Assembly: GCA_010015805.1 (NCBI GenBank)
Contig: ML978123.1
Coordinates: 620,001-684,000 of the forward strand
Length of the DNA stretch: 64,000 nt
Source: Rhizodiscina lignyota
Taxonomy: Eukaryota
Direction: 5' to 3'
Part shown: positions 48,059-60,161 of the stretch, piece by piece
Position numbering within the stretch: position 1 is the stretch's first letter
Layout: each line of letters begins with the position of its first letter
The notes under the pieces: generated by a model
The model's input: only the letters and a program-made list of their open reading frames with translations
What the model was told of the DNA's origin: nothing
Database searches by the model: none
Translations under genes and position numbers: made by a program

Positions 48059-51000
48059 GTTGTGATGACCCTACAGTCATACAGTCGTCGTGGAGCCGTT
48101 GTGTAAGCAGTCACACCGACGGACGACGGTGCGGAACACTGTGGAAGGAGAGGGTTGTCGTCGAGCAAAGGTACTTCAGTAAGCTATTGCGCGACGTCGA
48201 GGTAGCCCGGTCGGGATAGCGCAATATGTAGAGTGTGTGAGGCGAGTGTGGTGTCGATGGTGGATGGCGAAAGTGGTGGTGCGGTTGCGCGGCTGCTGTG
48301 GCTGGTAAATAGTCGCCGCTCAAGAGGCAGGGAGCGAATGAGAGCGGGCCGAAGACGAGCCCGCGTCCCCGTATGCGTCCGTGTGGGTAATTTGAAATGA
48401 TATGAATGAGAGACGATGGCAGTGTCCGCATACGTCGGAGATGGAGAGAGTCTCACGCAGCGTTGCTGCTTGGGGGGAGTCGAGCGAACACTTCCCGTAG
48501 TGCGCTCCGGAAGGGCTAGCGCGTGCCGGCTAGGCTCGCTTACTAGCACTCGTACCTCGCTCGCTGTCCGCCGCGGCCCGCTTTAAGCTTGTTACGACGG
48601 TTACGAATGCTCGGCCCTTCTTCTGTCCACTTCCAAGCCGTCTGAGCCTCGAGTGGTAGAGTAAGTATATGACGTGGCGACCTCGCTGCTGGCGGATGAG
48701 AAATGCGGTGCGCAATTCGTTCGCATGCACTGGCGTCTTCTGGAAGGCGTACGGAGTACCAAGCACCGCCGCGCGATTTTTCGTCTTCGAAATTGACGGA
48801 CTGCCCCTTCGCGTGGGTGTGTCCCTTTTGCTTTGGATTCAAATGCACGCGTGAAGCGGCGGTGTGCGTCAACTTAAGCACTCCCAGGCACAAGAGCAGG
48901 CCCCCAGCCACCGAGCAGCCCTGTGAACTCGAGCGTAGGATGATGATAAGGCTGCTGAGTATTCCTATTCAGGGTGCCTGGCCTCCAGAATGGCTTGCAG
49001 AGTCACCGTGATTGCAGGTGAATTATGAGGAATAAGCGCCGTTCGCCCTGCTCGCAGCACACCTAGACGCTCGGTGGTGGGCGAGGCTGTACCGTGACTG
49101 AGATGGTGTGGGATGCCGACTCATCGAGCCCTTCCAGCTGACCGCGCCGAGTGCTCACAAGAATAGAGGCGGCCACGAGCTTGCTCAGGTGTCCTGCGGT
49201 CGCGTGGGATTTTCGATATCAGTGCAGAGTCGAACTGGACGGCAGGAAGGATGCAGCAGAGGCAGGAGGCGGAAGTCTTCAAGGAAACGGACAGTCCTCG
49301 CTCTCTCCGCTTTTCGTCATGAGGCTTGGAGAAGAAGCTGCTAGTTACACACTACGCGGGCACTACTTCGCAGCGTCCTTTTCTTGCAATTCCTGACTCT
49401 GACGCTCCGCTTCGCTGCGATTCTCCCCCTAACGCAGATTCAGAGCGTGCATAAGCCGTCGCCTCAGCCAAAGCCTCCCAAGACATCGGCCCTCACGCTG
49501 TCTGGCACCAACCTTCCCCGCTGGCCGCTTTCGAGGCCAATGGATCTCTCGACAAGCCATCCGGCGCCGCGTCAAGCCATCTGCAGGAAACATCGCCAAT
49601 GTCGAATCGCAACGTCTTCTGCAAGTGTCTCTGCCCGCTCTCGTCCAATCGCCACGGCCGGCGGGGATGGCGGGAAGACTCTTCTGTGCGAGCGGGACCC
49701 AGGAACCTTCCATCCCATCCACTCTCTGCCACAATACTCGCACAATGTACCTACTTCGTAACCTCGCCTTTTCGCCTCCGTAAGCAAGTAAAGCTGCGTT
49801 TTGATCCAACGGCAGCGATTTACTTTTCCGGCTATCTAACGGGCCTCTCCACCGACTTTCACGTCCCTGGCAATCGCTAAGCAGATCCAACAACTTCTAC
49901 CCCGGAGACCTGCAGCTGAAGGACTCCACTGCATGGGGCGTCGTCCCGGGCGCCATTTTGATGTGATCGGTGCTGCAGACCAGCGCTTCGAAGGAGAACC
50001 GAGACGATTTCGTGCACGACAACCACACGAGGCACAATAGGGATACATGTCAGGCTGCAGTATTTTGGCTTTCCCACTTGACTCGACAACCGAATAGCAA
50101 GTCTCAAATACCTATGGGTGAGGCTGTGTAAGGATGAGACCTGTTTCATAGGATGATACTCCGTATGCGAATTCGCCCCGTCAGGATCGAACATGTTGCC
50201 CCATCTTTCCATTTCATGTCCGACACGCGAAAAAGCGCACAACTGATATTCCCCAATTACTCCGTAGCTCAAGTCCATTTGCAGTTTTCCACATGTGCTT
50301 TTTGCGACCGATCAACGTGCTCGTTTCCTTCATCAGGTACATGTGCGTGCTTACACCAACTCTCAATCGACGATCCGCTTTTCACCGTTGCCCATCATCC
50401 CACCGTTCCGAGCCGCCCACCGTCCTCTGCCTGTCTCACTCTCCACGCGCACCAGATCTCATTCCACCAGGCAAGACCCATGTAGTCGTTGCAACCAACA
50501 GCGGTGACCCACGCAAGCAGCGGCATGCTGGGGGTGATGGCGGGGGGGAGAGCACGCAAGGCAGATGATCCGCAAATGTATTTCTAGCGCGGGGCAAGGA
50601 CCAAACCTTTCCCTCTCGTGGCCCATCGTGCATGTGTGCAAGCCAAAAAAGCCATGGCACCGTCCAATTATGCAAGTCACAGTGATGGAGAGCGCGGCAA
50701 AGTGGAAAATCGCAGAGTGGCTTGATTCGCTACACCAATGAGGGCAGATACAATCCTCGAGCACCAGGTACTGCAAGCGGAGCCACGCAACTGCGAAGGC
50801 AATGGAATCGTCGGGATGCGTCGTGGCGTCCTCTTCCACGATGCGCCGTTGGAACCGCGGCATGACGGGCGCTCCTCCCAAGACGTGGGCTGCTGTGATT
50901 TGCACTGTGCTGCAGCAGAACGGCGAATATTGATAGGCCAAGAATGGGGGTTTGCTGTAGCGGAGAAAATCTGGACGCATCCATGCCCAAGGCGACGTCG

Positions 51001-51259
51001 ACACTCCACAATTGCACCACGCAAAGGTCGTGAGAATGGAAATGGCATTCGATCGTACGACGATCAGGTACGCATCATGAGACGTGAGAAAGCTGTCAAA
51101 GGTGATGCTGTGATTTCATACCGCAGCTTGGACATGCAAAACAACGTCGATAGTGTAACGCTGCCCATAATATTGCTTGTCTTCGTGTCGCCATGACAGG
51201 AAGTTGGTCTCATGCTTGCCCTAACACCGTGATCGGAGCTGAGGCTGAAGAGGTCGATG

Positions 51260-52549
51260 CTATCCTTCGCCCTGCCAGACCGGAAGATCGATATCCACAA
51301 CTATCGGCTTATTGAATCGCTTGTGTGCCCCGTAGCTCGTAGCCTGGTAAGACGCGTTCACAATGCACGTCTCCTTGCGCCCCATTCTGCCCATCAAGGC
51401 GTCCACCTCATGCGCATCTAGTCTCGAGTACTGGCTTTCTCCATGGAAAGCCTTTGCAGGACTTCTCTGCGCCACATCAGCCTGCTCTGCCAAGTCGTCA
51501 AATTGGACTTCATCCCCTTCGAGCCCTTCCAAATCTTCAGATGCAGTAAATGTGGGCCGTCTAGAGTTCTTTTTGTGCCGCTTCCAGAAATGTTCTCCTC
51601 TCTCCTTCATACGAACGCTGCTGCCTTCTGCTTCGCCATTATCATTTCCCGTTTCGAAGCGCACGTGATTTATATGCCGCATTTGGCCACCGAGCCATGA
51701 GTCGGAATTTTCCAGCGCATCGCCACCCTTCGCCGTCAAGTCGACTTTCGACTCTTTCTTGTTACCCATCCCAGCACCCGGGTCGTCCCACGCCTTCGTT
51801 TCGTCTTCCATATATTTGAGGCTGGGGTTCTTGCTGTCGAGCCGCCACTTTACCCTCTCTACATCTCGGCCGGGATGTTTGTGTCCACAGACTGCTAGCT
51901 TAGGACGCACCCGCCACAGAGCTCGACGGAGAGCTTCGCATCCGCCAAGACTCCCCGGACTCGCCGTGTCACAGTGGCCTCGGGGCGGCGTGTGCGTGAC
52001 CACTACATCGGTGTCGAATGGTATGTCGGACCAGATGGAGGAAGCTTGATCGGCAGTGTAGCCGAAGGCCCAGAGACCGTGCGCTGGAGAGTAAGGGCTG
52101 CCGAAGACCTTGAAAGCAGTGTGGGGACCAGATGGGTGAGTCAGACGAACAGTGGCGGATTCGTGGTTCAGGTACGTGATTGATGGAGAGTCCTTGACGA
52201 GCTTCAGACATGCTTCCGTATCTTGCGGGTGGTTCTTGTGAAAGTATGCGCCATTTTCGCGGTAGAAATTGGCATCTAACGTCGTGTCGTGGTTGCCTAC
52301 GAGATTGTTTAGCCGTCGTCTAAGTGCCGTGTAGCAACGTGTGGGTATACCGGCAATGACAATCTTCTTTTCGAAATCAGTACCCTCCAGCCATCGCACT
52401 GCCTTCTCCAACTCTGAGAAACTGCCCTGGTTTGTCAGGTCTCCAGCGTGGATAAGAACGTCCCCTTTAGGTAATTTAGGAGTTTGGTTATGAGTATCTG
52501 ATATGCAGACAATCCTAGTCCTCTTGAGCGGTCTCGGAGCTTGATCCAT
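51260..52549 (-). CDS. Calcineurin-like metallophosphoesterase (MPPED/239FB-like); in-frame intron 52297-52350
   Basis: CISDTH, HAGDLT, IAG|NHD (restored by removing the 54-nt GTATAC..TAG intron), THTPP, VCGHKH and IVNAS. Confidence 0.9.
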   Translation of the reverse strand: MDQAPRPLKRTRIVCISDTHNQTPKLPKGDVLIHAGDLTNQGSFSELEKAVRWLEGTDFEKKIVIAGIPTRCYTALRRRLNNLVGNHDTTLDANFYRENGAYFHKNHPQDTEACLKLVKDSPSITYLNHESATVRLTHPSGPHTAFKVFGSPYSPAHGLWAFGYTADQASSIWSDIPFDTDVVVTHTPPRGHCDTASPGSLGGCEALRRALWRVRPKLAVCGHKHPGRDVERVKWRLDSKNPSLKYMEDETKAWDDPGAGMGNKKESKVDLTAKGGDALENSDSWLGGQMRHINHVRFETGNDNGEAEGSSVRMKERGEHFWKRHKKNSRRPTFTASEDLEGLEGDEVQFDDLAEQADVAQRSPAKAFHGESQYSRLDAHEVDALMGRMGRKETCIVNASYQATSYGAHKRFNKPIVVDIDLPVWQGEG

Positions 52550-53380
52550 AAGGCTAACAAGAATCTCGGTCGAGATCAGGAGTTGAAGGCAGATGCCTGA
52601 GGATAGATTTTACAGCAATGACTGCCACAAAAGGTGGCAAAGACTGACCACTAGAGATGAGGGAAAGAACGATCTGTAAACAACCCAATCCACCTTTACG
52701 ACCGCAGTTATGTTAAAATCGAGAATCTCACGCAAAGGACAATACCAGCTAAAGAATGAGTCATTAGAAGAAATGGAAGACCGAAAGTCAAGTGATCGCT
52801 TGACAATGAATTTCAAGTCGAGGCTCCCAAGTCTATCAATGAATTGAATTACTGGCAGTGAAGGAACGATATTCTCACCATATCACCATTTGATGATGAA
52901 TTTGTTCCTGAATGGAAATATATACGAGGTCTGATGTGGATGTTGGAGTAATAAAAGCTGAAGACGGGCGAAGTGGAGATCTCCGGGTCTCGCCGCTTTT
53001 AAGAGGGACCTCTCTGACTCTTGCGAACCCCCTTTTCCTGACGCTCATCAAGATCGTACCTAACATTATTTATTTATTGCGCCTGTACAATATGGGCACC
53101 TTTCATGTTGTCCTGGAATTGACCGCTTACCTACCAAATTTCTTTGGGCGCAGTATGTCCGATAAATTTGGCCAGGCGATTCAGCAGCCGCAAAGAACAG
53201 CTGAAGTTGCGTTGGAGATCAGCTGATTGGTCAAAATCAAGTAGCTCCAGCTCTTCGATTGCAGACTTTCAGCCTCGCCTGGCACCTTGAGACTCATTGC
53301 CCCTCCTTATTAGATACGACATCTTTGGTCGTCTGTGGCGCTTTCCGGTCTGGCATTATGAGTGGTTAGTGGCCCACAGG

Positions 53381-56285
53381 ATGAGCTTTGGCTTCTCTGT
53401 CGGCGATTTCATCGCTATTGCGGAGAAGGCACGGGAGGTATGGATACAGCTGTCACGAGGAAAGTTATGATATCTATACACTAAATTTATAAGGTGTATA
53501 ATCGATGCAAATCTGGCCCTAAGAGGTACGAATCGCTCGCTCAACATGTCCACTTTCTTCAGAAGGTACTTGAGGAGACCACGACGAGCTTCAAAGACGA
53601 TACAACATCAAGCGTTGCCGGCGCTTCGTCCTTGATATCTGCTCAACAAGCATGCCGCACCGTCTTGTATGAGGTCGAAGCATGCTTGGACAAATATGCC
53701 GAAATGGGCGAATCGAATCCAGGAGTTGTGGAAAGGATCAAATTTGCTGCAAAGGATGTCGACGGCTTGAAAGATAAGCTGAGTGCGGTTGCGTTGCAGC
53801 TAAATCTTGGTCTCGTTTCCCACATGAATCTGTCCCAGGCAAGGGTCGAAAGGGCACTGGATCGTTTTATGCAGAAACGGGAAACCACTGTCCAGCTCTC
53901 CACCGGAACTACGCAGTATGTTTCCGACAAGATATCCCCCGGGATATCCGAGACGGCTAGCAAGAACACGAATGGCTCTGGCAAAGGTAATTTTGATCAA
54001 CAGAACCCCCAATGAGGAAAGGGTTCGCTGAGCAAGCTAGATACAGAGAACAGAGGTGGCTCAGAATCCACGCTGATATCTCCACCGTCAGATGTCAAAG
54101 CATCAGCAGACCAGTCCCGCCTTGCGAGCAACACGGAAGCTGCAGACAAACCTCCAGTGAGCAGAAGCATCGATCATCATGCATTCTCATCAGCAGAGAA
54201 GCATAGCAAAACAAGACAGCATATGCAAGCAGAGCCTGAAAGAAAATTTTCGCCATTGGCCTCTTATGGATCATATTTTCCGACAGAATCGCAACATTCA
54301 AGCGATGTTTCAAGCTACTTGAACAGTACTGATAGGCTTCCAAACCGAGTCATGACCGAGTCGTCTCCAACCGAACTCTCGGAGCCCGTTGATTCCGAGA
54401 GTACAGGGCAAACATTGGACGTAAAAGATCTTCTCGCTCCAATATTCCAAGGCGACTTGGCCGCAAAGGATGAAGAAGCCGAAGTATTGAATAGATTCCG
54501 TCGAGCTTTCCGATTGCTGAAGCCTAGCCAACTGAGTTGCCCTACGTCAGAAGAAGTCTCGCTTCTTTGTAAGGAACTCTTCACAGAGACTTCCGTTCCC
54601 CTTTCGGAGCGTTTTCGCTTCGTAGATCGATTATTACCCAAGGCTTCCGCATACAGGGAGATCAACGAAAAGACGTTCGTCTATATCATGCAGGGTGTGA
54701 GAGCATGTACCATTGGCTGCCGGAAAATGTTTGTGTCCGAAAATATCGATAAAGGTCACCAAAAGCTGCTATCACAGGAACTGTCGAAGCTTCATAAAGA
54801 AGCAGAGGCGATTCCTCCGTGGTGTTTTAAGATGTCGAAAGTTGGAGACTTGCAGGAATACTATGACGAGATTTCGGAGACAGAGGTTGACAAGCGACCG
54901 TTAATACGATTGAAGTACGCCACATTTACCAGTGCCAATATTCGAGCCAGAAACTTGTTAAAATACTTGGACGCTGTTGACCGTTGGTCTAATGAGGAGT
55001 TGTTGAAGGGGTTTGGAACTGAGATCACCCCAGCCCTCCAAATAATGCGAGCGGGATTGAGCATATTCGGGGCTCTGGGAAGAGAAGACAAGAAGAATCT
55101 GATGTCGGATCTCGACCAAGCACTAATTGAATTCTCATTTACCCGCAAGGAGTTTCTTCGCGTCTCGGATGAGGAACTTGACGAGTCGAAGGACGATCTC
55201 AAGACCGAGTTAAGCGAATTGAGTCAACTGCTCGAAAGGCACAGCGATGGCTATAAAGCATTAGAGATGGCTCTCCAGGTTTGCGACCTTATACTCAAAC
55301 GGATACAAGGCTTTCTCTCGTTTCTGACGGACATCGGCACGCATATATCGAGTCCCGGGTCGAACTTTTTCCCAATTGTACGCTATCGTCATGGGTATGT
55401 GAAAGCAGGGTCCGAGCTCATGATGGATGTGGTAAAGCAATGGAATCAAGTTGTTGCCAATGCGATTTTTGCACATCGGGGCCAAAAGGACAATCACCTT
55501 CTGAATAAATATGCGGTGCGCTTCATTAAAGGAAATGTGGAGAGACAACAGAAGAAGATCCATGATCTCAGCGTATCGCCTTGGGGTGGGCGTATCATTT
55601 CGGCACAAGTGAAAGGTTACAATAAGGAGAAGGAATGCACGCTTAAAGTCTCGATTGATAACCCACGCCAGAGAAAGGTTCTACCGAACACCAAACCAGT
55701 GCGCTCTATCCTCTCATGGGAAAACATACAGGAGCTTCCGGGGATCGTCAAACGGGGGCCAGAATACACGTGCATGTCAGTAGACTTCTGCCTCGTATCC
55801 CACTCAGATCTTACTCAAAGCTCGCTCCAGAAAACTGCTCCAGTCGTCCATCATTATCGTCGAACTTCGACGGGCTTCCAACAACCCATTCAAATCAAAG
55901 GACGAAAAGCTCGGGCAGTGGAAATGGAGACGGAACCTTCAGTCCAGCGCATCCTTCGAAGACAGAGGTAAGTTTCCCTTTCACATCAATTTCAGGATCT
56001 GGCATGCGGTCCGTTGCCTGGGCATCGCAAAAACAGTAGTTCCAAGCAGCAGATCATTATTAAAGCTCACCATTGCTTCGCTCACCAGTTCACGGAGTAC
56101 ACACGATAACGCAAGAAGCGACAAAGGGAAATCCATACGAGATTCAACTTGTTTTTGAGATGGATGACGAGTCCCGTGTGTCGGACGAGATCAAGGAACG
56201 GCGTAAAGTGCATTGGACTAATGCTCTCGTTGAAGATAGTCTTATCTTTGAGACATATGAGCTAGAGCAGAAAAAAGTTGATTAA
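53381..56285 (+). CDS. Protein with HeLo-like/STAND N-terminal helical domain and C2-like C-terminal region; predicted introns 53438-53493, 53987-54040, 55776-55830 and 55968-56088
   Basis: MSFGFSVGDFIAIAEKARE|VYNRCK...CRTVL..V...LDKY is the common fungal STAND-associated N-terminus. Downstream exons join in frame, and I saw no P-loop. Confidence 0.6.
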
Positions 56286-56543
56286 GATAATTATTATTAG
56301 ACATTGAATGGCAAATACGTACACCTCCTTCAGAGGCACAGATGAAGTGCTCATTCGACGTATCGATACGTCCGTTGGAGATAGATCACGCAGGACTGCA
56401 CCATATGTGTGATTTCTCGACTTTCATTCCAGCATCCGTCTTGTCGGTGCACACATTGCGAATGAGGTTGGGAGGTTGGAGTTGAAGAGTCCCATATTTT
56501 TTGGTCGTTCTGTCGCGGCACGCGGCCCAATTAAAGCAGCATA

Positions 56544-56550
56544 TCACGTG
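56544..56550. promoter_or_regulatory. TCACGTG (Cbf1-type E-box) in the ribosomal protein promoter
   Basis: Motif lies 134-140 bp upstream of the RPS7 ATG; Cbf1 sites are known in some fungal ribosomal protein promoters. Confidence 0.35.
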
Positions 56551-56683
56551 GTAGTGCTAGTCCGAAAGAGGAATAGCATTTCGCTTCTCGCACACGAGCA
56601 AATTCACAACTCCAATCCTTTTTCCATTCGACAATCCATTACGATCTTTCCTCAGCACTGTCGCCAGCCGCAAAGTCGCCAAC

Positions 56684-57475
56684 ATGTCGAACGCAGCGCT
56701 GAACAAGATCGCGGCAAACAGCCCTTCGAGGCAAAACCCCTCGGAAATCGAGACGAGCATCGCCAATGCTCTCTACGACCTCGAGACCAACATCCCGGAC
56801 ATGAAGACCTCCCTCAGGCCTCTCCAGTTCGTGTCCGCGCGCGAGGTAAGATAGACTCATATAATCCGGATATAGCATACACCTTCGATGCCATTTCCGC
56901 CGAATTTGGTGATCACGAAGAGGCGGTGGGCACTGGGCAGCAACAGAACGCTGACACCAGGACTCTTACAGATTGAGGTTGGCCATGGCAGGAAGGCAAT
57001 TGTCATCTTCGTCCCTGTTCCTCTTCTCTCTGGATGGCACAAGTCTCAGCAGCGGTATGTTCCCTTGTTCATAATGCGCTGGCGGACCAGATATCTCATA
57101 TTTCACAGCTTGACCCGCGAGCTTGAGAAGAAGTTCTCCGATCGCCATGTCCTCATCATCGCTTCCCGCCGCATCCTCCCACGCCCCAAGCGCTCGAACC
57201 GCTCTCGCACCACCCAGACACAGAAGCGCCCTCGCTCGCGCACGCTGACTGCTGTCCACGACGCCATCCTGCACGACTTGGTCTATCCCGTCGAGATTGT
57301 CGGAAAGCGCATGAGGACGCGCGAGGACGGCGGCAAGTTGCTTAAGATCGTTCTCGATGAGAAGGAGAGGGGCGGTGTCGACTACAGACTTGACACCTAC
57401 TCCGAGGTGTACAAGAGGTTGACGGGCAAGAGCGTCAACTTCGAGTTCCCGCAAGGTAGCACTCAGGACTACTAG
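56684..57475 (+). CDS. rps7: 40S ribosomal protein S7 (eS7); introns 56846-56971 and 57055-57108
   Basis: [71 protein letters not shown] and YKRLTGK.V.FEFP. Confidence 0.97.
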
Positions 57476-57832
57476 ATGTGGCTGTGGAGAGGCTCCGTCT
57501 TGATTGTGGAAAGTCATACACTTCTTCTGGCCTTTTAGAGCAGCACCAATGGGCGTCTTAGGGTCACGGCGAGCGGAATAAAAGGTCTCTGCGTATGGAG
57601 CGGAGACAAGTTTCTACAAATTGATGCTATCTCTCGAACCGTCACTGTCATGTTAGGTTGTGCGTGAAGCCCGAAATTGCCCTTCCATCTGCCAGATTTG
57701 CTGCCAGCAGTCCATTCATGTCAGTCGATTTCCTATCCTACTTCTTCGCGTGAGGCACGATTGCGGCAGCAATTGACAAGCGATTTTGGTGGTAGTAAAG
57801 CTGATGTTCCATTTTCACTACTTATACCACTA

Positions 57833-58480
57833 CTACTTCCATAGCTCACAAAGCCCAGCCTCGCCCATCACAGGATCACGCGATGGTTTTGGGACTGACC
57901 AAACCTTCTCATATTCTCCAGTTTGCTCGCCGCCAGCGCAAAAGTCCCACACACCATTCTCGTGCGGGTACGCCCCAATCATCGTAAATCCAGAAATAGG
58001 TATTTCTTGTAGTGTTTGCCTTGCATCTGGTCCAGGAATCCCATGGCCTTCACCGGGCGTAAGAAGCTTAAACTCTTCAGCAGGCGAAGCGTTAAATGTC
58101 TTGTGCGAGACTCCCGCTGGAATGATGAAGACATCACCAGCCTTTGCGTCCACTTCTACACCACCTTCCTCCTTTCCCTCGCCGTAAGTGTTGTTCTGCA
58201 TGTCTGGATCCGTGTCGGCAACGCCGAAGCGTATGGTCGCTGCGCCAGACAATACCGCCATGCACTCGTGGGCTTGAGAGTGGTAGTGCGAGCGCTGTGT
58301 TGAGCCGTAGCGGAATATCCATTGTGTGTCCCAGCCGTTACTCACGAAGGTATCGTGGACCTTAGCTGCGTCATAGGACCCATCTTCGGGATCAAAGAAA
58401 TTTGGATAATGGAGTAGAGGGTAAGGAGAGTTGGGAATGAGCTTCGTTGGCTCAAGATTATAACTCTTTGATTCTGGCAT
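57833..58480 (-). CDS. RmlC-like cupin protein (YjlB-like)
   Basis: IPNSPYPLLHY, SHYHSQAHECMAVLSG, AGDVFIIPAGVSHK, MIGAYP and DPVMG. Confidence 0.88.
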   Translation of the reverse strand: MPESKSYNLEPTKLIPNSPYPLLHYPNFFDPEDGSYDAAKVHDTFVSNGWDTQWIFRYGSTQRSHYHSQAHECMAVLSGAATIRFGVADTDPDMQNNTYGEGKEEGGVEVDAKAGDVFIIPAGVSHKTFNASPAEEFKLLTPGEGHGIPGPDARQTLQEIPISGFTMIGAYPHENGVWDFCAGGEQTGEYEKVWSVPKPSRDPVMGEAGLCELWK

Positions 58481-58592
58481 TGCAAAGAATAAATTTTTTA
58501 GACAAACTTGAAATTAGAGAGGGAGTCAATTCATGAATATAATCTACCATTGTAGAGTGGAGATCATGTAGTCAGTTGGGCGTGTCTATCAG

Positions 58593-58606
58593 CCCTAACC
58601 CTAACC
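58593..58606 (-). repeat. Short interstitial telomere-like repeat (CCCTAA)2
   Basis: CCCTAACCCTAACC seen directly, about 115 bp upstream of the cupin ATG. Confidence 0.6.
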
Positions 58607-58974
58607 TCGGCCTCCAAAACATCGGATAGCCATTTGCATGAAAGCTGATAGTCGTCTGCCTGACTTTTCTAAATCGAGGGATGGAGTCCGAGGCATGAGA
58701 AATGGCCGTGAAAATAGGAAAGCCACTTCGTCACGAAGCACTGGGCATCTAAGGTTCGACATTGACATTAATCTTACAGATCGTTGGTAATCTCAACGGA
58801 CCGAAATGGGAGGATATCAAATGAATTATGAGAGGCCTAGCCAATTCAGCGTCTCGTAATTGGATGTCCATGACATTCAGTTGGACGCCTCAGAAGAGTT
58901 GCCTGTAAGGCAAGACGACGTACCCACATACGCTGCCTTCTGTTCGCTTGGAAGCAAACGAAAAGCTGACCACT

Positions 58975-60075
58975 CTATCGAAACAATTTCTTACCGCCTG
59001 CTCTTGCGGCCACGTTCTCTCTCCCCTCTCCACTGAAGCCCATGAATCCAGCGGCACCTCCTTGCACGCTTTTCTTGTACCTCCTCAGCGCTTCTCTCAG
59101 ATGATCCGGCGTCAGAGGGCCTCGGAATTCCCTTTTTGTCCTCTCCTTCAAGCCCTCTCGGCCTTCTTCGGCGATCCATCCGTGCGCTTCCGTCTTTTCC
59201 TCCCCCATTGACTGGACGACTGTGCCAACAGGCTCTACCACGGGGAATGTGGAATCGGTCACCTCAACAGGTCTGTAAGCAGAAGCTGCCAGCCACTCTA
59301 GCTGGACGTCGAGCGCCAGGTCGATGATCTCGCCGACAAATATTTTGGTGTAGCCTTGGACGATGTTGACAATAGATGGCGGAACCGACTGCGAGAGTGT
59401 TTGGTTAACAAGCTTACGAACAGTACCCTTGGCCAGCACGGCTCGTCGAAAGCGAACATAACGCTCGGCCTCATCTGGGGCCAGGTTCGCAAGCAGGACG
59501 GCCTCCTTCTGCCTCTCCGCGGCCATGGCAGCCTCGTCCATCTTCCTGTCTTCCGCCACCATGCCTTCGACCAACTCATCAAAGTCTTCATCCTCTTCTT
59601 GTGCTTCGCCCGCATCATCTTCAGCTGCTGCGCCTTTCGCGCCTCTTCCCTTGACACTCCTCGTGTCTCCGCTCACACTCCTCCTGTCTGCATCATCGCC
59701 CGCAGGATCGAGCCTTGCGCCCTTGCCTTTCCTTCCGCCGCGCTTCCTGCTTGTGCCGGTGGCGGCTGAAAGCAAGCTTGGTGCAGCCCCGCCTAGCAGG
59801 CTACTCTCCACAGATGGTGATCTTGAGAAGCGCGGTGTTCCTCCAACGGTAGAGCTGGGTGATCGCGCGGAAAATGATGGAGCATTCTCGGGAGGGAAGG
59901 AGGTTTGGCGCAGATGTGATGGTCCTGCAGTGGAAGGCTTGCGGCGTTTCGGGTTGGGAGGTCCTGCTAGGGAAGTTATAGAAGGTCGTTTCTTTGGAAG
60001 CTGCAGTCCTACGGACGCAGGCGGAGAGGTTGCAGAGTAAGGCGAAGTCGCAGAGTATGGTGGTGATGAAGCCAT
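58975..60075 (-). CDS. taf11: TFIID subunit 11 (TAFII28 histone fold)
   Basis: HLRQTSFPPE, ERYVRFRRAVL.K..VRKLVNQTLSQSVP, YTKIFVGEII..ALDVQ and GPLTPDHLREALRRY. Confidence 0.9.
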   Translation of the reverse strand: MASSPPYSATSPYSATSPPASVGLQLPKKRPSITSLAGPPNPKRRKPSTAGPSHLRQTSFPPENAPSFSARSPSSTVGGTPRFSRSPSVESSLLGGAAPSLLSAATGTSRKRGGRKGKGARLDPAGDDADRRSVSGDTRSVKGRGAKGAAAEDDAGEAQEEDEDFDELVEGMVAEDRKMDEAAMAAERQKEAVLLANLAPDEAERYVRFRRAVLAKGTVRKLVNQTLSQSVPPSIVNIVQGYTKIFVGEIIDLALDVQLEWLAASAYRPVEVTDSTFPVVEPVGTVVQSMGEEKTEAHGWIAEEGREGLKERTKREFRGPLTPDHLREALRRYKKSVQGGAAGFMGFSGEGRENVAARAGGKKLFR

Positions 60076-60134
60076 GTTTGCAGTTGTTGATGAGATAAGC
60101 TATGAGGTATTTCGAAGACTATTAGCGAGGAGAT

Positions 60135-60161
60135 GGTGTTGGTGTTGGTGTCGGTGTTGGT
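60135..60161 (+). repeat. (GGTGTT)n microsatellite, about 4.5 copies, in the TAF11 5' region
   Basis: GGTGTT GGTGTT GGTGTC GGTGTT GGT. Confidence 0.6.
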
